Origin: Octopus sinensis
Taxonomy: Eukaryota
Direction of reading: 5' to 3'
Assembly: GCF_006345805.1 (NCBI RefSeq)
Contig: NC_043019.1
Coordinates: 27,775,360-27,839,359 of the forward strand
Length of the DNA stretch: 64,000 bases
Within the stretch, counting starts at the first letter, position 1. The number at the start of each line of letters is the position of its first letter. Positions 1-12,159 of the stretch are shown here, in pieces. Made by a program: the position numbers and the translations under genes. The notes beneath the pieces were generated by a model that was given only the letters and a program-made list of their open reading frames with translations, ran no database searches and had not been told where the DNA came from.

Positions 1-101
1 TCTGGGTAACATACCCAGGCATAGTCTTTTTTTTTTTGTATGCTGAGTGCTTTCCATCCAGGTCTTCTCTGAGGTAAGAGAGCCCGGCTGTTTTGAGGCT
101 G

Positions 102-133
<32 letters not shown>

Positions 134-203
134 TGTATGTATGTATGAATGTATGTATGTATATATGTACATATGTACATATATATATGTATATATATAT
201 ATG

Positions 204-279
<76 letters not shown>

Positions 280-545
280 TTATTGTTTCATTTTTCTATT
301 TGTTTCAGTCATTTTGACTACGACCATGCTGGAGCACCACCTTAAAAGGTTTTATTGGAAGAAGTCAATCCCAGGACTTATTCTTTGTAAGCCTAGTAGC
401 TAGTCTATTGGTCTTTTTTGCCAAACTGCTAAGTTAGAGGGCTGTAAACACACCATCATCACTTGTCAAGTGATAGTGGGTGGGTGGGGGGGAGAAACAC
501 AGACACAAAGACACACATATACATATATATACATATATATATATA

Positions 546-843
546 TACTTAATAATTAGGCTTCAGCAAAGATTTGCTTTACCACATACCGAAGTTTAGA
601 AATAGCAGCCAAAAAACCTTAGCTATTTCTTCTACTTTAAAAAGGGACCCCCAGAGATGGATGACCAGATATTGATTGATTTTCGTTGCTTTCCTCTCTG
701 CCTGTGTGAATTGTATTCAAGTATTTTGGTTTCTCTGGGAGTCTCTTTTTAAAGTAGAAGAAATAGCTAAGGTTTTTTGGCTGCTATTTCTAAACTTTGG
801 TATGTGGTAAAGCAAATCTTTGCTGAATCCTAATTATTAAGTA
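546..843. mobile_element. Foldback/MITE-like element with ~110-bp inverted arms
   Basis: tacttaataattagg..tttaaaaagggac at the left is the near-perfect reverse complement of the right arm ending cctaattattaagta. Confidence 0.75.
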
Positions 844-942
844 TTATTTAAGTTTACCGTGAAATGGTCCTTTTTTCATGCCGAATTCTACTTGGTGAAA
901 TTATTGATTACTTCTTAATTAATTAATTTTACCCTTTGTTAT

Positions 943-1013
<71 letters not shown>

Positions 1014-1236
1014 ATTAATATAAACAGCAGGTTGCAATATTTCACCAAAAAGGGGAATTATAATTCTCATTAAATGTGACTAGGGTGTTAAGAAACACCT
1101 ATAGTGCCAATTCAATGACTGAAACAAAGAGAAAAGGTGAAAAAGACACTGCCATGCAATTACTTCAATTCTTAAGTTACCATTTATATACTAAAATAAC
1201 AATTTGAAGTTTGAATCTCTTCAATTCAATACTTAC

Positions 1237-1251
1237 GAGGTTCTGGAGCCG
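1237..1251 (-). CDS. 15-nt micro-exon A (phase 1-1, (P)APEP)
   Basis: ttttcctttttcttatatttttcag|CGGCTCCAGAACCTC|gtaagtatt; paralogous to micro-exon B. Confidence 0.65.
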
Positions 1252-1715
1252 CTGAAAAATATAAGAAAAAGGAAAACTTAATGAAGGTTTAGAATGGCAT
1301 AACAATTAATTTGGTATTTTAATTGAATAACTGATTCTTTACAGAAACACAAACCTTACATTTTCTTATGCAAATGATTTTGTTGAAGTAATATATATAT
1401 ATAACAATACAACAAATTAGACATACTGTGGTAAAAATATGTGTATGTGTGTGTGGGTGTGGGTGTACATACACACACACACACACAAAATGATATGATA
1501 AAATACATACATGCATACATATATAAAATTAATATAAACAGTAGGTTGCAATATTTCACCAAAAAGGATAATTATAATTGTCACTAAATTTGACTAAGGT
1601 GTTAAGAAACAACCACATTGCTAGAAATATCAGCTAAAATGCTCTAATGCTGTAGTTAATGCACATGAATCAAAGCATATACACTAACAGGGACCTGAAG
1701 TGTCCGAAAAATGCT

Positions 1716-1786
1716 GATCAAGAATTCTTAATACTGATGTCAGTTTCGGCAATTTCTGTTGCCTCATCAGTTAAGCTTGCTTGATC
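1716..1786 (-). ncRNA. Canonical type I hammerhead ribozyme
   Basis: Minus strand: GAUCAAG caag CUUAA CUGAUGA GGCAA cagaaa UUGCC GAAA CUG acau CAG UA / UUAAG aauu CUUGAUC. All core nucleotides are present, stems I-III pair fully, the triplet is GUA, and stem I is extended across a 4x4 internal loop. Confidence 0.85.
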
Positions 1787-1815
1787 TCATCTTCTTCAGC
1801 TTGCTTCTCTATTAG

Positions 1816-1821
<6 letters not shown>

Positions 1822-1867
<46 letters not shown>

Positions 1868-2207
1868 TGTGTACAGTGCTCAGGTGCACTACAACTCATC
1901 TAAAGTGTATATATAATCAGGTGTAGTTTCGGCGGATTTCGGAAAGCATGAGGGCCTTAAAGGATGCAGTGTCATGGCAGTCAACAACTGATGCAGGCAG
2001 TTTATTCCATGCTTCAGCAACTCTGAGCGTGAAAAAATGTTTTCGAAAGTCATGGGAGCTGTGTTGTTTTCTGACTTTGTAGGCATATCCACGTGTGTTA
2101 GACACATGGAGATCAAAAAGGTGTTCAGTGTTGTTGTTGGTGAGGTGGTTGATAACTTTGTGGGTGTTTACCAAGTCCGTCGCCAGACGCCGGTATGTTT
2201 CCGCCAC
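1822..2207 (-). mobile_element. CR1-type LINE 3' end
   Basis: NTRGYAYKVRKQHSSHDFRKHFFTLRVAEAWNKLPASVV (CR1 ORF2 C-terminal motif), short 3'UTR, (ATT)n tail. Confidence 0.8.
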
Positions 2208-2475
2208 CCAAATTAATGGATGATTAGCAATTCACTAATGTTTATACATAGAATTAATATAAACAGCAAGTTGCAATATTTCACCAAAAAGGGGAATTAT
2301 AATTCTCACTAAATGTGACTAAGGTGTTAAGAAACACCTATAGTGCCAATTCAATGACTGAAACAAAGAGAAAAGGTGAAAAAGACATTGCCATGCAATT
2401 ACTTCAATTCTTAAGTTACCATTTATATACTAAAATAACAATTTGAAGTTTGAATCTCTTCAATTCAATACTTAC

Positions 2476-2490
2476 GAGTAACTGGGGCCT
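2476..2490 (-). CDS. 15-nt micro-exon B (phase 1-1, (E)APVT)
   Basis: ttttcctttttctcatatgtttcag|AGGCCCCAGTTACTC|gtaagtatt; strong polypyrimidine tract and consensus donor; frame compatible with the exon ending at 30557. Confidence 0.65.
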
Positions 2491-3054
2491 CTGAAACATA
2501 TGAGAAAAAGGAAAACTTAATGAAGGTTTAAAATGGCATAAAAATTAATTTAGTATTTTAATTGATTAATTGATTACTGATTCTTTACATGAACACAAAC
2601 CTTACATTTTTTATGCAAATGATATTGTTGAAGGAATATCGCTCTCTCTCTCTTTCGGAGAGGCACTGAGCAGCTATACGCATACATACACACACGGCAG
2701 TAACTTCCACCTACCGAATTCAATCACAAAGCTCCGGTCGGCTCGGGGCTATAGTGGAAGACACCTACCCAAAGTGCCACGCAGTGAGACTGAACCCGAA
2801 ACAATGTAGCTAGGAAGCAAGCTCCCTAACCACACAGCCATATATATATATAACACTACAACAAATTAGACATACTGTGGTAAAAATGTGTGAATGTGTG
2901 TGTGTGGGTGTGTATACATACACACACACATATTCGCATAATCACCAAACCTGGAGTTTAACTATGGTCTGTCATTAGTAGTTACTTAGCGTTACCTGAC
3001 ACCTTTGGGTCTTATTGACACCATTACCTTTCATAACCTCTCTCTCTCCCTCTC

Positions 3055-3116
<62 letters not shown>

Positions 3117-3449
3117 TCTCTATATATATGTATGTATGTATAAAATGATATGAAATATATACATATATATATACATAGTAGCAGAGATATCCGGCATTGC
3201 TCGGGATTAAAATGGCATAGTTTTTTATTGTTTTACTTGCTTCGGTCATGTGACTGCGGCCATGCTGGAGCACCACCTTTAGTCGAAGAAATTAACAAGA
3301 TTTATTCTTTGAAAGCATAGTACTTATTTTATTGGTGTTTTGCAAAAGGCTAAGTTATGGGGACGTAAACACAGCAACATCGGTAGTCAAGTGATCGTGG
3401 CAGTACAAACACAGACACAGACACACACACTCACACACACATGGATATA

Positions 3450-3486
<37 letters not shown>

Positions 3487-3519
3487 ATATATATATATAA
3501 ATAAATATATATTTATATA

Positions 3520-4170
3520 CTAGCTTAAGGTGACCCGCTCTACGCGCGGGTGAGGGTGTGGTTGTTACTTTCTGTTGCTTCCTTTCTGTTTCTTATCGCC
3601 ACATTCTCCCTCTTTGTTTCTCTATCCTTTCTCATTTTCCAACTCTCTTACTCTTCCTTTCTCTTGGACTTTCCCTCGCTTTCTCTTACTCTTTATCTTT
3701 CTCTATCTATCTCTCTGCCATTTATTAAAAAAATTAGATTTCTGCGTTTAAATTACAAATCCACTTCCACTTTACCAAGTTGAAAATTTGATTGAAATTG
3801 GGCAAAAGGTGTCCGATCTATAGTACACTTATTCCAAGAACACATACTTAAATTTTATGAATCTTCCATGAAAAGTGGATGCATTTGCACTTTCAAAGAG
3901 GCTTTGTCCCGTTATAAACTCCATTAGTAGGTTTAAATAATATTGTTAGATGGTGAAATTTTGGAAATCGTCTTTATTTAGTACCTAGTAGTTATGTTGT
4001 TATTTTCATTGAAATCAGAGGTATCTGAAACTTCATAGGGGGTGTTTGCTCCCCTTTAACCCCCATAACCGTCTTTCTCATAAAATTTAAAATGAAAACA
4101 TATATGTATCTTCTATTCCCTTTCATCCTATAGGTGTACAGAAACAGACGTAGAGCTTTATTATATAAGA
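3520..4170 (-). mobile_element. Complete non-autonomous Helitron (651 bp)
   Basis: Minus strand 5' TCTTATATAATAAAG; 3' hairpin ACCCGC..GCGGGT then CTAG; inserted between A and T. Confidence 0.85.
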
Positions 4171-6009
4171 TTATCAGTCACACATATTTAGTGTATGTGT
4201 TTTGTTTATATGCCAAATTCGCTGCTGGATAGCATCCAGGAAATGCTCTGTACATGAGGCTGAGTGTTAAAGAACACTAAATGTCACAGATTAGGTGAGA
4301 CAACTCAACTCAGATGCCAAGAGTGGTAGATATCTGATATTTCACCATTATTATGGATTATCATGGTATTCTCAAACACTTGAGATCATGTAGCAAGCTG
4401 TACCTGGATGCCATCCGGCAGAAATTTTGGCATATAAACAAAACACATAAACTACATGCAATTAATAATGTTTATATGACTAGAGATGCTTTTAATTCGT
4501 ATTACATATACATGTATACACGTGTGTATGTGTGTGTGGGGGTGTATAATAACACATGTAATAATTTAATTAGACTTCAGTATGATGTATTATGGCCTAA
4601 GTTATGCAGCTAAAAAGACAGTTCATGTAGTTCCAAGAGTTATGTCCTTTGGTTACATATCTATATCCATATTAGATCCATATTAAGTAATCACAGAAAA
4701 ATAATTATTCAAAATTATGTTTCAGTATCTAATATTTATTAATTTCTGTATTCAAGGCATTCACATTTGCTATTTTCTAATTATCTATTTGCTATTATCT
4801 AATTATTTTAAATTGTTTTAATTGTTAATTTTGGATGGAAGGTATCTAATATTATTCTTCTATTGCTCTGTATATCTATCTTTCTTTCCAAAGTCGTTCT
4901 CTATTCCTCTTCTTCTATCTCCACGACTCCTCCTCTTCATATTGTATTCATTGTCTTTTTACACGTTTTTATATTTCAGCCCTGTTTGTTTCCTTTATAT
5001 ATTTGTTTTTTTGTTTTTTCTGTCTCTCCCTTCGTTTTTATCTTAAATCACATATATCTGTGTATACATGTACATTTATATGTGTGTATATATATGTAGG
5101 TGTGTGTGCATGTATATGTATATGCATTTGAGCACACATGCAAACATGTGTGTGTGTGTGTGTGGAGGTGGGTATATATTATTTTATTCTTTTATTTGTT
5201 TCAGTCATTTGACTGCAGCCATGCTGGAGCACTGCCTTTAGTTAAACAAATCAACCCCAGGACTTATTCTTTATAAGCCCAGTACTTATTTATTCGGTGT
5301 CTTTTGCCAAGCTGCTAAGTTATGGGAACATAAACACACCAACATCAGTTGTCAAGTGATGGTGGGGTAAGACAAATATGGACACACAAACATACACATA
5401 CATACACACATACACAAACACACATATATATAAATACGACAGGCTTCTTTCAGTTTCCATCTACCAAATCCATTCACAAGGCTTTGGTTGATCTGAGGCT
5501 ATAGTAGAAGATGCAGTGCCATGCAGTGGGACTGAACCCAAAACCATGCAGTTGGGAAGAAAAGAAAATAAATAAAAGGTTAAATGAGTTTTTTGAGTCA
5601 TCATGAATGTCTGCTCCAAAATGTCTAAAATTGTTAATTTGTTTCTCATAGCTATTTGTCTGCTTTATTGAACATGAATGAGCTGGGAGCTTCTTTAATC
5701 TTAAGGTCTATAACTGTAAATTATAATTCCTCCCCTTCATGTCCTATATGATTCTTGATTGTCAGTTTCATGAAACACCCACTTAGTTCATTTTATAAAT
5801 CAGTACTTTTGATTGTAACTTCACTTGTCTGAGGGCCAATCAATTACTCAACAAGTCATTATTCATTCTGTGTTAGATATTGCCTGATGAGCAAGAGAAT
5901 TGCATGTGTTATGTAATCCCCAAAATTGTATGAGGCTTACATGAAAATAAAGATTTATAGTTAAACTAAATTTAAAATCCATTCATTGTTTGTTTATGTA
6001 TGTATGTAT

Positions 6010-6052
<43 letters not shown>

Positions 6053-6235
6053 TATATATATATAAATATATATATATATATTATATTATATATATCATAT
6101 ATATATACATATATATATATATACATATATATATGTATGTGTGTATGTATGTATGTATGTATGTATGTATGTATATGTATATATATATATGTATGTATGT
6201 ATACACACACACACACACACAACACACACATATAT

Positions 6236-7058
6236 AAAGAGAAACCAACTAGTTTTAGATCATTGAGCGAGAAATATGTGGTAACAGTACTGAACAATAA
6301 AGTCTATTTGCCAACACTATGTAGCCGTCCTACATAGAAGGATGTCACTACTGTTTAACCCCAGGAAAACATCTTTTCCAGCTGGCTACTGACACATCAT
6401 TTGTGTCCATATACCATGAGCAAGGGAGCTTATTGCTCTTTTTATGGCCTTTGTAGTACCTGTAGACCAATGGTTTCTGAGTTATTTCTCTTTTTCAATA
6501 CAAGACAATCACTGGCTAGAGATGGCAGCCACTTGACTTGCTCATAGTACATTATTTTTTAAACGACACACAGTTGCTGATCTTGTAAAGAGAAAAACAA
6601 CTAGTTTTAAATCTCTGAGCGAGAAATATGTAGTAACAGCACCGTACAGTAAAGTCTATTTTCCAACACAATGTCGCAGTCCTACACAGGACGATGTTAC
6701 TACAGTTTAGCCCCAGAAAAACATCTCTTCTCACTCAGAGATTTAAAACTAGTTGTTTTTCTCTTTATGAGATCAGCGACTGTGTGTCACTTTAGAAGTA
6801 TATATTATGAGCAAGTCAAGTAGCTGCCATCTCTAGCCAGTGATTGTCCTGCTCTGAAGAAGAGAAATAACCCAGAAACCATTGGTCTGCAGGTATCACT
6901 AAGGCCTAGAAAGGGAGCAATAAACTCCCTTGCTCATGGCATACAGACACAGACCATGTGTCAGTAGCCAGCTGGAAATGATGTTTTTCTGGGGCTGAAC
7001 AGTAGTTACATCGTCCTATGTAGGACTGCCACATTGTGTTGGCAAATAGACTTTACTA
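6236..7058. repeat. ~350-bp unit, partial direct repeat, then inverted copy
   Basis: 6587-6730 repeats 6236-6380; 6733-7058 is the reverse complement of ~6298-6619. Confidence 0.9.
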
Positions 7059-7063
7059 TGTAT

Positions 7064-7134
<71 letters not shown>

Positions 7135-7137
<3 letters not shown>

Positions 7138-7616
7138 TAATAAAATATTAGGGAATAAATCCAAACTTACAGGGAAAAATCAGATTTAGGATTGAATCCA
7201 ATTTTATAGTAAAATATTATATTATATTAAATTAGAGATAAACCACTATTAGGCAAATCAAACAATGAAAAACTTAAGCCAATACATAAAATTAATTAAT
7301 TTATATTATTTTAAATATATATCAAAATTATTAAAAGTTTAATAAAAGATAATGAGTAAAACCCTACTCTTAGCGAGGTTTAGCAATGACCTCGCTAAGA
7401 TAAATATTTCAATTACCTGAAGATTGACTGTAACCATAACTCGAATTATTACGAATTGGACAGCCATGAAACGATCGTAGGGTTTTACTCATTATCTTTT
7501 ATTAAACTTTTAATAATTTTGATATATATTTAAAATAATATAAATTAATTAATTTTATGTTTTGGCTTAAGTTTTTCATTGTTTGATTTGCCTAATAGTG
7601 GTTTATCTCTAATTTA

Positions 7617-7625
<9 letters not shown>
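7135..7625. mobile_element. Palindromic AT-rich element (leader + ~148-bp inverted arms + hammerhead-containing spacer)
   Basis: Arms ~7219-7366 and ~7477-7625; sister copy at 29478-29858. Confidence 0.8.
7413..7484 (+). ncRNA. Hammerhead core in the spacer of a palindromic element
   Basis: CUGAAGA UUGACUG...CAGCCAU GAAA CGAUCGU A; ACGAUCGU perfect palindrome, GUA triplet; weak stem I. Confidence 0.4.
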
Positions 7626-7658
<33 letters not shown>

Positions 7659-7860
7659 TACATTGTATACATACATATACACACAACACACACACATAGG
7701 CACAGGCACTGCTCTGTTGTAAGAATATATGTGGCACCTTGGGTAAATGTCTTCTACTATAGACGCAGGCTGACTATAGCCTTCTGAGTGGATTTGGTAG
7801 ACAGAAACTGAAAGAAGATCATTGTATACACACACACACAACACACACACACATACACAC

Positions 7861-7891
<31 letters not shown>

Positions 7892-8649
7892 TACACACAC
7901 ACACAAACACATGCATACATACATGTAGGTGTATGTGTGTATCTTAATGATTGCGTTTGTCCTCCATTACTGCTTGACAACTGGTGTAGGTTTGTTTGCA
8001 TATACCTACTTTAGTGATCTGCTGAAAGAGACAGGAAGAGTAAAGACCAGCCTTAAAAATATAGCTACTGGGGTCAATTTGTTTTACTAAACCCTTCAAC
8101 ATGGTGTCCCAGCATGACTGCAGTCCAATGACTGACACAAATAAAAAGTAAAACACACATACACACACATGCACACATATAGTGAAAGAAATAAAAGAAA
8201 AATGTTAGTTGGCTGCACATTCCAGTAAGATTGTGTAAAAATAGGACACAGTGTACAAATTTTCTTCTTGAAATATAAACAAAAAAACACACACACAAAT
8301 CTCTCTCTCTCCCTCTCTCTCTCTCCCTCTCTCTCTCTCCCTCCCGCTCTCTCTCTCTCTCTCTCCCTCTCTCTCTGTTTCTAAAATGCTACTCCTATCT
8401 TCATGCTTCAGTGAATAATGACAACAACAAATTTGATTGCTAGCAAAGGCAAACCTCTTACAAGTTGGTTACTGTATTATTCTCACCAATCCACCAACTA
8501 CGTCACCACACCGCACAACCATAATCATCATCATTGTCATTGTCATTCATTGTCATCATCATCATCATCATCATCATTACGTGTAATGAGTAATATCATT
8601 AGTCATATGCCAACAAGAGTAACTCTATGCCTACTATCACTTTTGTCTA

Positions 8650-9630
8650 ATGTCAATTTGGTCTAATGACTTTGGTCTAATGAAAATTTGATCTAATGAC
8701 AGTTTAGTTTAATGTCAATGTTTAATGTCAATTAGTTTAATGACACTTTGGTCTAATAACTCTTTAGTTTAATGACACATTAGCGTAATATCATTTTGGT
8801 CTAATGACACTTTGGTCTAATAACGCTTTGGTTTAATGAGACATTAGCGTAATATCATTTTGGTCTAATGACACTTTGGTCTAATAACGCTTTGGTTTAA
8901 TGACACATTAGCGTAATATCATTTTGGTCTAATGACACTTTGGTCTAATAACGCTTTGGTTTAATGACACATTAGCGTAATATCATTTTGGTCTAATGAC
9001 ACTTTGGTCTAATAACGCTTTGGTTTAATGACATATTAGCGTAATATCATTTTGATCTAATGACACTTTGGTCTAATAACTCTTTGGTTTAATGACACAT
9101 TAGCGTAATATCATTTTGGTCTAATGACACTTTGGTCTAATAACGCTTTGGTTTAATGACACATTAGTGTAATATCATTTTGGTCTAATGACAATTTGGT
9201 TTAATGACACTTTGGTCTAACATCACCTTGGTCTAAAGGCAATTTACTCAAAAGTTAATTTGATCTCATGACACTTTGATCTTAGGACAGTTTAATGTAA
9301 TATATATTTGACTTAATGACAGGTTGGTCTAATGTTGATTTGGTCTAACAACTGTTTGGTCTTGCAACTGTTTGGTCTAACATCACTTTAGCCTAAAGAC
9401 AGTTTCATCTAATGTTAATTTGGTCTAATGTCAATTTGGTTTCAAGAGAGTTTAGTTTAATATCTATTTAGTCTACGGAGAGTTAGTCTCCTATCAATTT
9501 GACCTAATGACACTTTGGTCTGAAGAAAGTTTAGTTGAATGGTACTTTGATCTAAGGATAGTTTAGTCTAATATCAATTTGGTCTAATGACATTGGTCTC
9601 TTGACACTGGTCTAATGTAAACTAGGTCTA
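8650..9630. repeat. 16-bp monomer array with a central 64-bp higher-order repeat
   Basis: gacactttggtctaat/aacgctttggtttaat/gacacattagcgtaat/atcattttggtctaat repeated ~7 times (~8745-9195), flanked by degenerate monomers. Confidence 0.9.
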
Positions 9631-10086
9631 ATGGCACATTTTTTGCTACTTGACATAAAAATTACAAAGCAGAATAAATTGAGCAAACATTAGAACACTG
9701 TGCAAATGGATGTAATTTTTATTTTAAATGTTCATAATTTTGAAATTTATTTCATGATGCATGACTTTTCATGTTTTTAAGTTATCTATACACACTGTGT
9801 AGTATATGTAGATTGTAGGGATTTGAAAAAAATATAGGTCATATACTACCTACAAGAACCATGGGTATCAACTGATGCCTGGTGAGTTTTTTATATTTGT
9901 GCACACTTTTATGTATAAATACATTTGAAATCATTTCACTGCTGTTTGAAAATATGTTAGATTTTCATTCACTGTCTCACTTGCTCTCTTACACTCATTT
10001 ACCACTAGTGAGACAGTATGAATGTTGTGCTTTCAAGCTTTGGCCTACATATATATTTTTTTTTGTGCAAAGCTAAAAATCATGGG

Positions 10087-10135
<49 letters not shown>

Positions 10136-10214
10136 TAGTTACTTTGTTGGTTTTTTTCCTATTTTTTCAGCTTTTGTAATTACTTTGTAGAAATATTTTC
10201 TTATAGAAATTGAC

Positions 10215-10640
10215 ATGTCCAAAGTCCTAACAGTCAAAAAATATTAGAACAACTTAGAAAAATCTCATCTGGTTTATCAGATGCTGAGCTTTCTGAAATT
10301 GATGATGTGCTTTCAGAAGCTGAATATAATAATATTAATGAAGCCCAGACATTTTGTTCCTCATTTGATTCAAGTGGTGAAGAATCAAGGGACATCTGTA
10401 TTTGAGATCCATACAATAAACTAGATTATAACACTGATAATATAAGAAATGCTTCTCAATGATTGAAAGGTAAGGATGGTTTTTCTTGACAGTTTGATGT
10501 CACATCTCAGTGTGCACATGGTTGTTTCGCACAACATAATGTCTTAAAATTTCAGTCAGGCTCAATCATATACACTATAACTCAAGTCATTAGAGATAGT
10601 CCTTTTCCTTCCTTTAGAATTTTGATTGGTGCACAATAAT
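10215..10640 (+). mobile_element. piggyBac transposase N-terminal relic
   Basis: Acidic N-terminus, then LKGKDGFS*..FAQHNVLKFQSG..DSPFPSFRILI (PGBD-like); several stops. Confidence 0.6.
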
Positions 10641-10994
10641 AGAATATGAAACTGCATGTGTGTGTGTGTGTGTAAAAGTGCAAAGAAAAGATGATCATAT
10701 ATAATAATAAAATTAAATTAAAGATACATACCAGTTGTTTCGGAAATTCCCACTGCAAAAATGGAAGAAAAAATTAGATTAGATATCATCAACGTCACTA
10801 TTATCATTATCATCATCATCAACAACAACAACAACAGCAGAAGCAACAACAACAACAATAACATCATCATATTCAAAATAAATTTTTCTCTGAAACAATT
10901 TTGAAATTGCAACCTCTAAAAAGGATATTAATTCTAACAAAATAATTTATCAACATCTTGAATAGCTCCAGTATGTGTACTTAAAACTATGCAT

Positions 10995-11176
10995 GCTCTG
11001 TTAGTTCAGCTCTTTATTTATTAAATTCATCTGGTGATGTACATCAAACAGAAAGTCTATAGCATATATATGCTCTGGAAACCAAGCTCTGTTAGTTCAG
11101 CTCTTTATTTATTAAATTCATCTGGTGATGTACATCAAACAGAAAGTCTATAGCATATATATGCTCTGGAAACCAA
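10995..11176. repeat. Perfect 2 x 91-bp tandem duplication
   Basis: gctctgttagttcagc...gctctggaaaccaa occurs twice. Confidence 0.95.
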
Positions 11177-12036
11177 ATTAACAAATCTAAGCTGTCAGTC
11201 CATATTCTCAAAAGAATTCTTTTTCTTACTTTTCTACATCAGTCAATGTACATTTACTTAAAGATTCTACCAAAACTACTTTGATGAGTACACTGAGGAA
11301 GAAAGGAAAATAACAAACCATATCTGATATTGCTTTACTTGAGGCAGCTAAGCAACATGTGTCTCCATTCTCACCAGCACCAAGACAGCCAAGAAAGATG
11401 GCACAGGCAGATGGCCAAGAACCTCCATCGCCATAAAGGTAGCACAGTTGTTATCAGATAAGCAAACCATGTGTTACTGTACCAATAGGTAGTTTCTCTT
11501 ACCAGGTCTATAATTATTGCTGCTGTAAATTGTAAATGGCCTACAGTGTGCTTTTATGTGCAACAATAAATTATTCTGTTAAATATTCACAAGTGTTATT
11601 CATGCAGCACAGAAAAAATATTTCCATTCATTAACTCAACCAGCTACCATAGCAGCATTGATGAAACACTACCTTAATACTACCCATGACAAATGTTTCG
11701 GATTGGACATTCCTTACAACTATTTCACTGGAAGTCAAAAGTTATATAAAAAATAAGCTAACCCAAAAATGGACTATTCAAAGCTTATGCTATTATAAAA
11801 AGCAAGAATATATTCTTGCTGGGACAGCTCCTCCTTACACTTTTGTAAATTGGTCACATGAGATGTAGGTGGAAATTGGATAGGATGAACTGGTAAAGTG
11901 TGGGAATACACAGAAAAGGTCAAGAAGCACTAATCTATATCTTTCACCTAAAACTGTCACTTTGTGCCAGTCACAATAATTGCCTTTTGAAATACAAATA
12001 GCAATATATGCACAACATATATTTATTAGAAAACCT

Positions 12037-12097
<61 letters not shown>

Positions 12098-12115
12098 CAT
12101 ATATATAATATATAT

Positions 12116-12159
<44 letters not shown>

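Larger units (their letters stand above)
1012..2930. repeat. Tandem segmental duplication units (~500 bp) each carrying a micro-exon; a third truncated unit start at ~1527
   Basis: 1012-1500 vs 2251-2930 (the second is interrupted by a SINE head at ~2690-2840). The unit start ttaatataaacag..gttgcaatatttcacc occurs at ~1015, ~1530 and ~2254. Confidence 0.9.

Noticed and set aside
858-887. Possible 30-nt phase 1-1 exon (QFGMKKGPFH) after micro-exon A
   Set aside because: Frame-compatible, but the acceptor has almost no polypyrimidine tract and the donor (GTAAAC) is weak; needs RNA evidence
8745-9195. CRISPR-like regularity here and at 33540-34232
   Set aside because: No unique spacers, eukaryotic context and no cas genes; these are plain tandem repeats
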